Source: Dehalococcoidia bacterium
Lineage (GTDB): Bacteria; Chloroflexota; Dehalococcoidia; Lucifugimonadales; JAGWBF01
Assembly: GCA_964291465.2 (NCBI GenBank)
Contig: OZ219935.1
Location: forward strand, 8,229 to 72,228
Length of the DNA stretch: 64,000 nt
Reading direction: 5' to 3'
Numbering within the stretch: the first letter of the stretch is position 1; every line of letters begins with the position of its first letter. The notes beneath the pieces were generated by a model. The model saw only the letters and a list, made by a program, of their open reading frames with translations. It was not told where the DNA came from and made no database searches. This document shows, piece after piece, positions 28,547 to 36,500 of this stretch. A program made the translations under genes and the position numbers.

Positions 28547-28889
28547 GGGGCACCGCTTTTTGGGCGGGCCGCTCCTAGGCGGGCAATAGTCGCAAGGTAC
28601 CCTAGGTTGCCGCGCCGCGCACCGGCACCTTCTTAGGATACGCTGCCTGCATCGTGCAGGGCCGAATGGTAGCTGTCTGCGCTAGCGGGGCTCATGCCCC
28701 CATTCTACTCCTAGGGGCGGAGATGGGGAAGGCCCGGCGGCGAACGTCGTCCTAGGCAGGGCCATAGGTCTGGACGAATGCCGCAGAATGAGCGGGAGCC
28801 CAGCTAGGGGGGCGGGACGAGGCGAGGTCGCCGTGGTTATTTTACTGCGGGCCAAGCGCCGCCCCCTTAAAGGCGAAGGGGCGGGCCGG

Positions 28890-29141
28890 TTAAAAGATGG
28901 TCGGCGGGGTGGGCGGGGATATGTGAAACGGCCCTACCTCGGCCCTCAACTCGTTAAGGTCAATCCCGGTATTGCGTAGAGCGTTTTGGACCACAACCTC
29001 TGGCAGAGAGGTAACCCCGGCGGGGAGCACAATGACCTCCCGCAATCTTTCCAGCACTAACTCGCCGCCCTGTATGTTCAGGGTTTTGAACCCGCGCTTA
29101 TAAAGACTATCTAGTAATCTATCTTGCTGCCATCGGTGCAT
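28890..29141 (-). CDS. HicA-like (YcfA-fold) small protein lacking the catalytic His
   Basis: 83 aa. LLDSLYKRGFKTLNIQGGELVLER..VIVLPAGVTSLPEVVVQNALRNTGIDLNELRAE follows the HicA pattern (GF..., vvP..., l..il+q.Gi..eef), but GGE replaces GSH. Confidence 0.35.
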   Translation of the reverse strand: MHRWQQDRLLDSLYKRGFKTLNIQGGELVLERLREVIVLPAGVTSLPEVVVQNALRNTGIDLNELRAEVGPFHISPPTPPTIF

Positions 29142-29436
29142 AATCTAGCCGGAATGACTCCTGCGGCTCATACTCCAAATTCACTTCCGGCAAATGGCGG
29201 ATGTCTAGCCCGATGGAGTGTATTGCGGGGTTTTCGACCATTTGGGAGGCGGCAAGGTATGTTAAGAACGAGCGGATGAGGCTCTGTGTCGCCGCGTCTT
29301 GTGTCCATCCAATGCCGCTGATGGGATATTCGTCGCACACAAGTATTATGCTCTCGCCATCCCGATAAACGTTCCCGCTTAAGGTATATGTCTGCGACAT
29401 TTTGGCTGTTCCCTTATCGCTATCTTCCGCAGGCAC
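29119..29436 (-). CDS. HicB-like small protein
   Basis: 105 aa (GTG at 29436, alternative ATG at 29400). YTLSGNVYRDGESIILVCDEYPISGIGWTQDAATQSLIRSFLTYL resembles the HicB N-terminal fold pattern. It overlaps the downstream gene by 23 nt. Confidence 0.35.
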   Translation of the reverse strand: MPAEDSDKGTAKMSQTYTLSGNVYRDGESIILVCDEYPISGIGWTQDAATQSLIRSFLTYLAASQMVENPAIHSIGLDIRHLPEVNLEYEPQESFRLDYAPMAAR

Positions 29437-29475
29437 AAAACGCCCCCCCTACCGCGGAAATTGTCCCCTCGCCCG

Positions 29476-29511
29476 CATATTGTATCATGGGAAGGCCCGG
29501 CCCACAATATG
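29476..29511 (-). promoter_or_regulatory. candidate sigma70-like promoter with overlapping inverted-repeat operator
   Basis: On the minus strand there is TTGTGG (29507-29502), a 17-nt spacer, and TACAAT (29484-29479) with an upstream TG. An 8-bp inverted repeat, catattgt (29476-29483) and acaatatg (29504-29511), covers both hexamers. Confidence 0.4.
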
Positions 29512-29754
29512 GCCCCTCGCTTTAGCGAGGCGCATAAGGACAGGTGTTTTAGACAGGGGTCTAATACTCGAAGTAGTAGACGCTCCACCCAGCGAAAATG
29601 CTGTCCGGGTCGGCCCCGCCCCCGGAGGCCGCGCAGCCGCGCTGTCGCGCTTCCGAGGTCTCCCGCCGCTGGGCATCTACCCTGGACAACCCGGCAATAT
29701 ACCTACCCTACAAGGCATTGCTTCCCCTCCTATTTGGTCAACGATTTCCTCAAA

Positions 29755-29791
29755 CCCTAGGCCGGTATGCTATCCGCATACCGGCCTAGGG
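29755..29791. terminator. perfect 16-bp stem / 5-nt loop hairpin at the 3' end of the HEPN-like gene
   Basis: ccctaggccggtatgc-tatcc-gcataccggcctaggg. The stop codon of ORF 29757-30329 lies inside the left arm. There is no clear U-tract. Confidence 0.4.
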
Positions 29792-30329
29792 CATTGTAGA
29801 TCATTATCAAGAAATCGGCCTCAAATTCTACCCACCACTTTCCCAGCGAGTATTCCTCGAAAGAGTATCTCCGCAGGAACAGCGTGGCATCGTCAAGATG
29901 TACCAGCATGTCGTGGAATGATGGCCCCACAACATAAGCTGGCCCGTCCGGAGCGGGGGCGCGAGTTGTCAATGCTCTTGCTATCGTCTTGCATTCGCCT
30001 GCATCCCATTCTTGAATGGTGGCCTTGTACGCCGTATCTAGGTCGGCTTGTATCCCCTTGTCGAATAAACCATATAGCTCCGCCAGGGAATGGGTGCGCA
30101 ATGACTTCGCGGCTGCCGAGGAGTTCAGTTTGTGGTGGATTAACTTTAGTCCTAGCTCGATAGCTAAGCCGGCGTTGACCATCATTGCAGTCTTAAGGCT
30201 GGTGCGGGCCGTTGAAGAGGGCTGAGCGCCAATAGAGGCTATGTGATCCTCAGATAGCCGCGCTATCTCAGCAAAGGCGCGGGCATCGCACGTAAGTTTG
30301 GTTAGTTGGTCCGGGGTAAGACGTGACAT
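29757..30329 (-). CDS. HEPN-like alpha-helical protein, unknown function
   Basis: 190 aa. GLAIELGLKLIHHKL...LRTHSLAELYGLFD resembles the classical HEPN helix pattern (a.E..lK.l....THdL..L). There is no canonical Rx4-6H. Confidence 0.35.
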   Translation of the reverse strand: MSRLTPDQLTKLTCDARAFAEIARLSEDHIASIGAQPSSTARTSLKTAMMVNAGLAIELGLKLIHHKLNSSAAAKSLRTHSLAELYGLFDKGIQADLDTAYKATIQEWDAGECKTIARALTTRAPAPDGPAYVVGPSFHDMLVHLDDATLFLRRYSFEEYSLGKWWVEFEADFLIMIYNALGRYADSIPA

Positions 30330-30445
30330 TTTTGGAGCCCCTCCATAGCGTGTGCAGCGAGGTGGCGAGGGCGATAAGGGTTGAACGGAGCGGGAATGGG
30401 CGTTCCTGGTGGCCCCGCACTTGGGCGTGGTATAGTGCGTTTGCG

Positions 30446-30985
30446 ATGCTACAGCCCATGCTCCGTACTGCGCGGTATTTGCTAGAGCTACCTCGCCGAA
30501 TGCTGCGTAATACGCGAGGGCTCCTTAGCTCGCGGCTCCGTGTATGCTACGACGCCGATGCCGATGTCACAGGCGAGGCACTTGTGCTAGCCGGTATGAA
30601 GTTGGGCGGGTGCATAGCAGCTGTGATGGTCTTGGTCCTATTTGATGCGCTATGGGTGCTCGGGATAACGGTTTTGCCAAGCGCTAAGGCCCCGCTGTAT
30701 GCAATAGTGACGGCCGCCGCATTGTGCGCAGCCGCCATACCTTGGGGGGCAGCCCCGTCCCGCGATGGGCGGTTCTTGAGCTGGGGCTGTCGTGCTGTGG
30801 CCGGCATCGCCAGTGTTGATACCGGGGTTAATTGGATGCTCGGAGCCGACCCACCGTATATGCTGCGATTCGTGGGTTTGACATTGGGTCTGGCATCTAT
30901 GGCAAGCCTGGCCATTGCAATAGTGATGGTCCGTAGATTGATGAAGCGGCTAGGGCAGGAACGCATTACGCAATATGGAAGCTAG
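30446..30985 (+). CDS. multi-TM membrane protein, unknown function
   Basis: I prefer the ATG at 30446 inside track ORF 30323-30985, which has at least 4 hydrophobic helices. TGgTATAGT (30428-30436) lies just upstream. It is divergent from the HEPN-like gene. Confidence 0.4.
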   Translation: MLQPMLRTARYLLELPRRMLRNTRGLLSSRLRVCYDADADVTGEALVLAGMKLGGCIAAVMVLVLFDALWVLGITVLPSAKAPLYAIVTAAALCAAAIPWGAAPSRDGRFLSWGCRAVAGIASVDTGVNWMLGADPPYMLRFVGLTLGLASMASLAIAIVMVRRLMKRLGQERITQYGS

Positions 30986-31207
30986 GCCCAACAGAGCCAG
31001 GGCGACACCAGCCACCTTGAGGTACCAAGGCCACGGTTCTGAGGATTCGCGGTCGCTGTCGCGGTCGTTCATCTCCCCCCCATGTGTATGCCGTCTGAGA
31101 CCATGCTAGATGTGTCACGCCGGATTGTCAACGAGATTGACCCGCCCCGGCCATGTCCCCAGGCGGGCCGAGTGCCAGGACTTCCGCCGAGAGGGGGGCG
31201 AGCCTAC

Positions 31208-31414
31208 CTACCACCCCAACCTTGCCGCGTTATCCTCGTTCATGTACTCCAGCGGCTCCCCCTCAACGATAAAGGCCTTGGGCGACGCTTCCGGCCCCGT
31301 CACTACTTCCGGGGCGGCCACGTACTGAAACGGCCACCACCGCCCTATCGCCAACCATACCTCGGCCTCGGCATCGCACATCTCTAGTGCGGCTATCAAT
31401 TCCTTGACCAGCAT
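31208..31414 (-). CDS. small hypothetical protein (phage-like N-terminus)
   Basis: 68 aa. The MLVKELIAALEMCDAEAEVW opening is common in small phage and island proteins. It lies 25 nt downstream of the preceding ORF. Confidence 0.35.
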   Translation of the reverse strand: MLVKELIAALEMCDAEAEVWLAIGRWWPFQYVAAPEVVTGPEASPKAFIVEGEPLEYMNEDNAARLGW

Positions 31415-31439
31415 TCAACGGCTCCTTAGCGGCGCGGGA

Positions 31440-31757
31440 TTAGGATGTGGCGACTTCCCGCAGCACAAGGGCCAGCGCGCACATCGCGCCTAGGCCCCAG
31501 GCAGCGACGGCCAGCCCCCACACGGCCAAGTTGCCGGGCCGCCACCGCATTATCGTCGCCCCCAGACAGGCCACGAAGGCTAGGTCAACCAGAACAAGTA
31601 GGGCCAAATACAACGGCGTCGGGGCGCCGACGAGCTCGATGGCAACGTTCTTCGCCACCCCCAATCCGAACATGACCATGGTGGCCCGTCCCCAAGGGAA
31701 CCGTAGCCACCATCCATCGGCATCCACCATCGGGATAAACCCGGCAACCTTGCGCAT
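31440..31757 (-). CDS. small membrane protein, unknown function
   Basis: 105 aa with 3 hydrophobic helices and GAGGAGG 8 nt upstream of the ATG. Confidence 0.42.
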   Translation of the reverse strand: MRKVAGFIPMVDADGWWLRFPWGRATMVMFGLGVAKNVAIELVGAPTPLYLALLVLVDLAFVACLGATIMRWRPGNLAVWGLAVAAWGLGAMCALALVLREVATS

Positions 31758-32313
31758 GTACTCCGCCTCCTCGTTGCCGGAAAAAGGGGAAGCCCCCCTC
31801 CGGCAAGGATTTAGCCTCTCGCCACAAGTTGCCGCATCTCCTCGGATTGAACCGAAGCCCAGAGGGGGGCACGAGCCCTTGCTCGTAGCTTCGGCTCAGG
31901 GAGTTCCGAGGAGGCCGGGGTACCTTGTGGCGAAGGCAGAGCCGAGTATACGCCCGCCCCTCTGGCGGGTCAACCGGCACTTGGGGGGACTTGGGGGGGC
32001 GGGTTCGGGGCGGGGGCGAGGTGGACCCTAGAGGGACATCAGTGGGATGCACGTGGATGCACGTGCGTCCCCTTGTGCTGTAACCATGATGGTGGTATAG
32101 TACCCCTTAACGGGTACTTTTAAACAAAAAGAACGAGCCACACACCCCCTCCCCCCGTCAAGGGAACTCGGCCTTCGGTGTTTGCGGCACCATTGAAGAC
32201 CAAGGTTGTCAGGCGCGATGCCGCTCGTTCAATCAAGACCATATCACAAAGCGGGTCGGGTGGGGAGGGGAGAATCGCCACCAAATTAGGTATACCCGCC
32301 GAAGGAGGAGCTA

Positions 32314-32736
32314 ATGACCCCAGAGGATACTAAGGCAAACCCGGCCCACCAACGGCTTATCAAACTGTCGGAGCTCTTCGCCAAGCTGGCCGAGGTATCG
32401 GCGGAGCATGAGCGTACAGGCGCGGAGAAGGCCGCCCTGGAGGCCGAGATAAACGAGCTGGCCGGCACCGCGATATGCCCCGCCAGCGACCAGGCCCCGG
32501 CCCGGCCCGTCGGCTCAAACACCGACCTTTATGTGCAGATTCTCCGGGAGAATGGCCGCCCCATGCACGCCAAGGAGATCACTCAACAGGCCCTGGCCCG
32601 CGGCCTCCAGCTGGCGGGCAAGATAGACAAGGCTCCGGAAAAGAAGGTGAGACACGCCCTGCACAGTTGCGATGATGTATACAACCTCGGCAGTAATTTT
32701 TGGTGGTTAACCGGGCAACCGGTCCCCGAGCCATAG
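32314..32736 (+). CDS. HARE-HTH (winged-helix) domain protein with N-terminal coiled coil
   Basis: 140 aa with GAAGGAGGAG before the ATG. LYVQILRENGRPMHAKEITQQALARGL...KKVRHALHS.DDVYNLGSNFWWL fits the HARE-HTH pattern. Confidence 0.55.
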   Translation: MTPEDTKANPAHQRLIKLSELFAKLAEVSAEHERTGAEKAALEAEINELAGTAICPASDQAPARPVGSNTDLYVQILRENGRPMHAKEITQQALARGLQLAGKIDKAPEKKVRHALHSCDDVYNLGSNFWWLTGQPVPEP

Positions 32737-32750
32737 CCTAAGAACTGGTC

Positions 32751-32784
32751 GGGGCCGGGAGACGTTGCACCGTCTCCCGGCCCC
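32751..32784 (+). terminator. 14-bp GC-rich hairpin downstream of the HARE-HTH gene
   Basis: ggggccgggagacg-ttgcac-cgtctcccggcccc, starting 15 nt after the stop codon. There is no U-tract. Confidence 0.45.
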
Positions 32785-32828
32785 TATGCCAAAACAGGAG
32801 TCCCTCGCCTAGGCGCGATTTAACTCGT

Positions 32829-34055
32829 ATGGCACCTACTAATTGTAGCATACTGGCCCAGGGCCGGTTTCCGGGCGGAGAGCTAGCCTGCCTGGAAGCC
32901 ACCCTTGATGCCCTTGACGATCGGGCGCTGGTTGGCCATATGGTCGAGCACCGGCGTAATGGCCGCCCAGGGTACCCGGCCCGCGTGATGCTGAGGGCCT
33001 ACGCCGTATCCTTCGCCCTCAACCTAAGCAGCACCAACGCCCTAATTAGGCTGCTTAGGCGGGACGCGGCCATTAGGGATATGTGCGGGTTCGAGGGGCT
33101 TAACCTCCCCTGCCGCCGTACCTTCAATCACTTCATACGCTGGCTGGCCCGGCACCTGGATATGGTGGAGGGCATGCTGGCCGGCGTAACTGACGAGCTC
33201 CGCCAGTACCTGTCCGACCTGGGCGACGTGGTGGCCATTGATTCAACGAACGTCCGCACCCACAGCAACCCAAACCGACGCCGTGTAAGTGACCCCGAGG
33301 CCGACTGGGGCGTGAAACATAGCCCGCGGGCCAAGGCCGGGGACAAGGAGTTCTTCTACGGCTACAAGGTGCACATGGTGGCCGACGCCACCCACGGCCT
33401 GCCCCTGGCTGTGATAGTCACCGCGGGCAACCGAAACGACACACTGCTGCTGCCTCGCGTGATGGACCGGGCGGCGGGCATGTATCTGTGGTGGAGTCCC
33501 AGGGTGGCGATAGCCGACCGGGGTTACGACTCGTACGCGAACCATCACTGGCTTGATACGCGGGGCGTGGCGGCGGTGATCCACATCAGGAGGGCCACCG
33601 CCCACGACAAGCTATACGACGGGGTGTACACCACGGACGGCGTCCCGGTATGCCTGGGGCAGGTGCCGATGGAGTACGCGATGACGGACCCTAAAACCGG
33701 CCAGCATCTCTACGTGTGCCCGGAGGGCGGCTGCCACCTAAAGGAAGGCGGGCGCGGGGGCATCACATACTGCGATTCCGAGGTGTGGGAAGACCCGCGG
33801 GGCAACCTGCGCGTATCGGGCGGGCGGGTGCGCCGGGACAGCGCCGAATGGCGAGCCTACTACCGGCAGCGGCAATCCATAGAGCGGGTGTTCAAGGGGA
33901 TGAAAGAGAGCCGCCGGCTGGAGCGGCACTACACGCGGGGCCACCGCATGATAGCCCTGCATGCCACGATGAGTACGTTGGTCTACCAGGCCAACGCGCT
34001 GGCCCGGCTTAGGGCCGGGGCGGGCATGCTGTGGCAGGTAGATAGGGTGGGATGA
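32829..34055 (+). CDS. DDE transposase, IS4/IS5 family
   Basis: 408 aa. It has an N-terminal InsH-like domain and a DDE_Tnp_1 core (VVAIDSTNV..., IADRGYDS..., YRQRQSIERVFKGMKE...). Confidence 0.85.
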   Translation: MAPTNCSILAQGRFPGGELACLEATLDALDDRALVGHMVEHRRNGRPGYPARVMLRAYAVSFALNLSSTNALIRLLRRDAAIRDMCGFEGLNLPCRRTFNHFIRWLARHLDMVEGMLAGVTDELRQYLSDLGDVVAIDSTNVRTHSNPNRRRVSDPEADWGVKHSPRAKAGDKEFFYGYKVHMVADATHGLPLAVIVTAGNRNDTLLLPRVMDRAAGMYLWWSPRVAIADRGYDSYANHHWLDTRGVAAVIHIRRATAHDKLYDGVYTTDGVPVCLGQVPMEYAMTDPKTGQHLYVCPEGGCHLKEGGRGGITYCDSEVWEDPRGNLRVSGGRVRRDSAEWRAYYRQRQSIERVFKGMKESRRLERHYTRGHRMIALHATMSTLVYQANALARLRAGAGMLWQVDRVG

Positions 34056-34075
34056 AAACTAAAGAGGAGTTGATT

Positions 34076-34234
34076 ATGGAGACGGAGATACGGTTGGTGG
34101 TTCGGTGCCCGAAGGCCCGTTGCCAGAAGGACGAGGCGGTATCCGACCCCTTGGAGTTTATGGCGGAACATCTGGCCCTGGACGGGTGGCCCTGCGGGCA
34201 CGACGGGCCGGGGCTGTTCGTCGGGCTCGCGTAA
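34076..34234 (+). CDS. small Cys-containing ORF directly after the transposase
   Basis: AAAGAGGAG lies 6 nt before the ATG at 34076. The ORF is 52 aa, METEIRLVVRCPKARC...WPCGH. It is followed by the hairpin aaaggcc-ccacc-ggccttt (34234-34252). Confidence 0.3.
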   Translation: METEIRLVVRCPKARCQKDEAVSDPLEFMAEHLALDGWPCGHDGPGLFVGLA

Positions 34235-34349
34235 AAGGCCCCACCGGCCTTTAGTTGCTGACTATTCATGTGATTAGCGGGGGGGACTCTTCCCCTTACC
34301 GTTAGGAGGCTCGGCAATCGTCCCCTGCTGAACGAAAGTAGCCTTGGGC

Positions 34350-34991
34350 TCAGGATGCACCTTGAAATAGGCGGGACGGCAGCACCCACAACAAGGCAAA
34401 CACGGCCCCCAACAGCCCAAATGAGCCCAGAGTTAACAACAAGAATGCGACGTCCAGCTTACCTGGGGTTTGCTTGTCTGCCTCTCGGGCTTTTGGAATC
34501 AGGTTAGATACGGTCAGGAAGACTAGCATCATGCCTGCCGCTGGGATAAGTGCGGTCAAAAACGGGACGGGATTCCCACCGGTGGCGCTCAAAAGCCAGA
34601 ACCAACCTGCTGCGCCCGCTGCAACCACGCTGGTGATGGCAGACAACAAACTGAGGCGCCGGGTAGGCTTGTCGGAGGTCCAAAGGCTAACAGCCAGAGC
34701 TCCGGCACCCAGTACCGCCAGGGTTGCGGCCTTCGCACTGTATAGCTGGGTCGGGCTCAATGCTGCTTCGGCCAGCGGAATTTCCCATCCGGGGACAGCC
34801 GGATTCCGAAAGTCGGCCATGATAGTAGCGATCACAAGCCCGGCGATTGCCGACCATAGGACGCGGCGAACCTGGAAGGTCACCCCGGTGCGGGTGGGGC
34901 GGCGGAAGACAAAATTAGAACATAGCCGACGCCACAGACTCATAGAGGCTGCCAGTAACCGCGCCAAGCGCGTGACCGCGACGGCTATCAC
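34350..34991 (-). CDS. multi-TM membrane protein, unknown function
   Basis: 213 aa with about 5-6 hydrophobic helices and no recognisable domain. Confidence 0.4.
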   Translation of the reverse strand: MIAVAVTRLARLLAASMSLWRRLCSNFVFRRPTRTGVTFQVRRVLWSAIAGLVIATIMADFRNPAVPGWEIPLAEAALSPTQLYSAKAATLAVLGAGALAVSLWTSDKPTRRLSLLSAITSVVAAGAAGWFWLLSATGGNPVPFLTALIPAAGMMLVFLTVSNLIPKAREADKQTPGKLDVAFLLLTLGSFGLLGAVFALLWVLPSRLFQGAS

Positions 34992-35367
34992 GGGGCGATT
35001 GTATCACGCAAGACCTCGTGCCGGAGAGCTAGAGCAGCTCCAGCGTGCTGTAGTGATTTGGGCGTCTGGGGACCGGCGGGGTAGGACTTAGAAGTTGACC
35101 CGGTAAGCCCGCAAACATCTAACCACGGCCCGCGCCTGCTTTGACGGACTTCCCCCGTACGTACCCCCGATTGGCCGGCGTTACCTCCTGGGCTAAGAGC
35201 ACGTATCCCATAACCCCTTCTTCTCTCTGAGCATACCGCTTGAGGGCGCGGACATCGAGAGATTGTGGGCTCCGACATAGCCGAAGTACAATGGCCCCAC
35301 CACGTCAAAGGAGGGTTCAAACATTAGCGTATACGAACGGTTCCTCAGGATTGCTTGGATATACAAA

Positions 35368-36027
35368 TTGTTTTTGGCCGCTGCCCTTATAGCGGGTGGG
35401 GTCTATGCCCATACTAACCACAGCCTGATAACTGACGCTGGCATCCGGGCAGCTCTTATGGGAGTCTGTGCTGCCGGCATCCTATTCGTCGATATGCTGC
35501 CCAATACAGGCGGACCGTATGGCGCCATAGCCACGGGGTTCGTTCGTATCGGCGGGGCGCTACTTACCGTGGGGGCGGGCTGGCATTGGGTCGCTAGCAC
35601 AACCGATGGAGAACCGTGGCGTTACCTATGGCCCATGCTGTTCGTGATTCTGCTAATGTTGCCTGGTATGGTTGGCGGCGCGTTGATGTCGGTGTTCGTC
35701 GTACAACCGCGGCAAACCCAACCCGACCGATGGCACGCGGTCCTAGACGCGCTTGGCGGCGAGGCCGAACGATTTCGTGAGGCAATGTATGATGACAAGA
35801 CCCGCCCCGATGAAATTGCAGGAATCGTTATGGCCCTAGAGGTACAATTGGCCAATCTCCTCATGTTTCTCAGATACGATCCCAAGAGCGGGCTCGGCCG
35901 CAAAGACCTTGCCCGTCTTCTCCAATATGCCGACACGCCGACAAGCGATAGCCCGATTGCAGACGCTTCCCGAGGCCACTTTCGGCGCGTGCGCGCTTAT
36001 GTACGCAGCATTATGGGCGAACCGTAG
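35368..36027 (+). CDS. membrane protein with soluble C-terminal domain, unknown function
   Basis: 219 aa with a weak TTG start. It has about 4 TM helices followed by a ~100-aa helical cytoplasmic tail. Confidence 0.38.
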   Translation: MFLAAALIAGGVYAHTNHSLITDAGIRAALMGVCAAGILFVDMLPNTGGPYGAIATGFVRIGGALLTVGAGWHWVASTTDGEPWRYLWPMLFVILLMLPGMVGGALMSVFVVQPRQTQPDRWHAVLDALGGEAERFREAMYDDKTRPDEIAGIVMALEVQLANLLMFLRYDPKSGLGRKDLARLLQYADTPTSDSPIADASRGHFRRVRAYVRSIMGEP

Positions 36028-36162
36028 GGAGAGCCCATGCCTCCTCATATGCCGCTGCGGGACGACTGACGGCACCCTCCGTGAACTACTACTGCCTGGC
36101 TATCCCTCCACTACGCGGCCTCGGCCCAGACTTATTGCCCTCGCTACTAGTACCCAGACGTC

Positions 36163-36191
36163 TTGCCTGGGTCAGGCGGCGCTGATATGAT
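36163..36191 (+). promoter_or_regulatory. candidate promoter of tatA
   Basis: TTGCCT (36163-36168), a 17-nt spacer, then TATGAT (36186-36191). GGGAGG precedes the ATG at 36228. Confidence 0.4.
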
Positions 36192-36227
36192 ATTGGGGGA
36201 CTCCAGGCACGAGCACAGGGAGGTACG

Positions 36228-36470
36228 ATGAGCTTGCTGGGTGAGCCGCCCCTCTTGTTCTTACGGGGCATCGGCGGACCTGAGATCGCCATCATAGCCG
36301 TCGTGATCCTCCTGCTCTTCGGCGCCACGCGGCTGCCCAAGATCGGAGCGTCCCTGGGCCAGGGGCTGCGCGCCTTCAAGAGCGCGGTGACCGGCCAGGA
36401 GGTCATCGACCTGGAAGAGCCCGACGAGGACGCCAAGAAGGTCAAGTCCGGGTCGAAGAAGTCAGGCTAG
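36228..36470 (+). CDS. tatA: twin-arginine translocase subunit TatA/E
   Basis: 80 aa. GGPEIAIIAVVILLLFGATRLPKIGASLGQGLRAFK is the TatA TM plus amphipathic helix signature. Confidence 0.8.
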   Translation: MSLLGEPPLLFLRGIGGPEIAIIAVVILLLFGATRLPKIGASLGQGLRAFKSAVTGQEVIDLEEPDEDAKKVKSGSKKSG

Positions 36471-36500
36471 CTCTCGTCCCGGGCATCCCCGCCGTGGCCG

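Larger units (their letters stand above)
32797..34290 (+). mobile_element. IS4/IS5-type insertion sequence (boundaries tentative)
   Basis: It contains the DDE transposase gene. The only terminal inverted-repeat candidates I can see are weak: ggagtccctcgc (32797-32808) versus the reverse complement of gcgggggggactct (34278-34290). Confidence 0.3.

Noticed and set aside
30547-30966. 139-aa minus-strand ORF inside the island.
   Set aside because: It is antisense to the multi-TM ORF 30446-30985. The product is Ser/Ala/Pro-rich with no structure-like pattern, and the + strand reading with clear TM helices is preferred.
31447-32052. ORFs 31447-32031 (+) and 31585-32052 (-) in the gene-poor island segment.
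   Set aside because: Both are Arg/Pro-rich, have no RBS, and overlap the well-supported membrane gene 31440-31757 or each other. I treat the segment as non-coding.
34988-35320. 110-aa minus-strand ORF between the two island membrane genes.
   Set aside because: It has no RBS, a composition unlike its neighbours and no motif. I left it as intergenic with low certainty.
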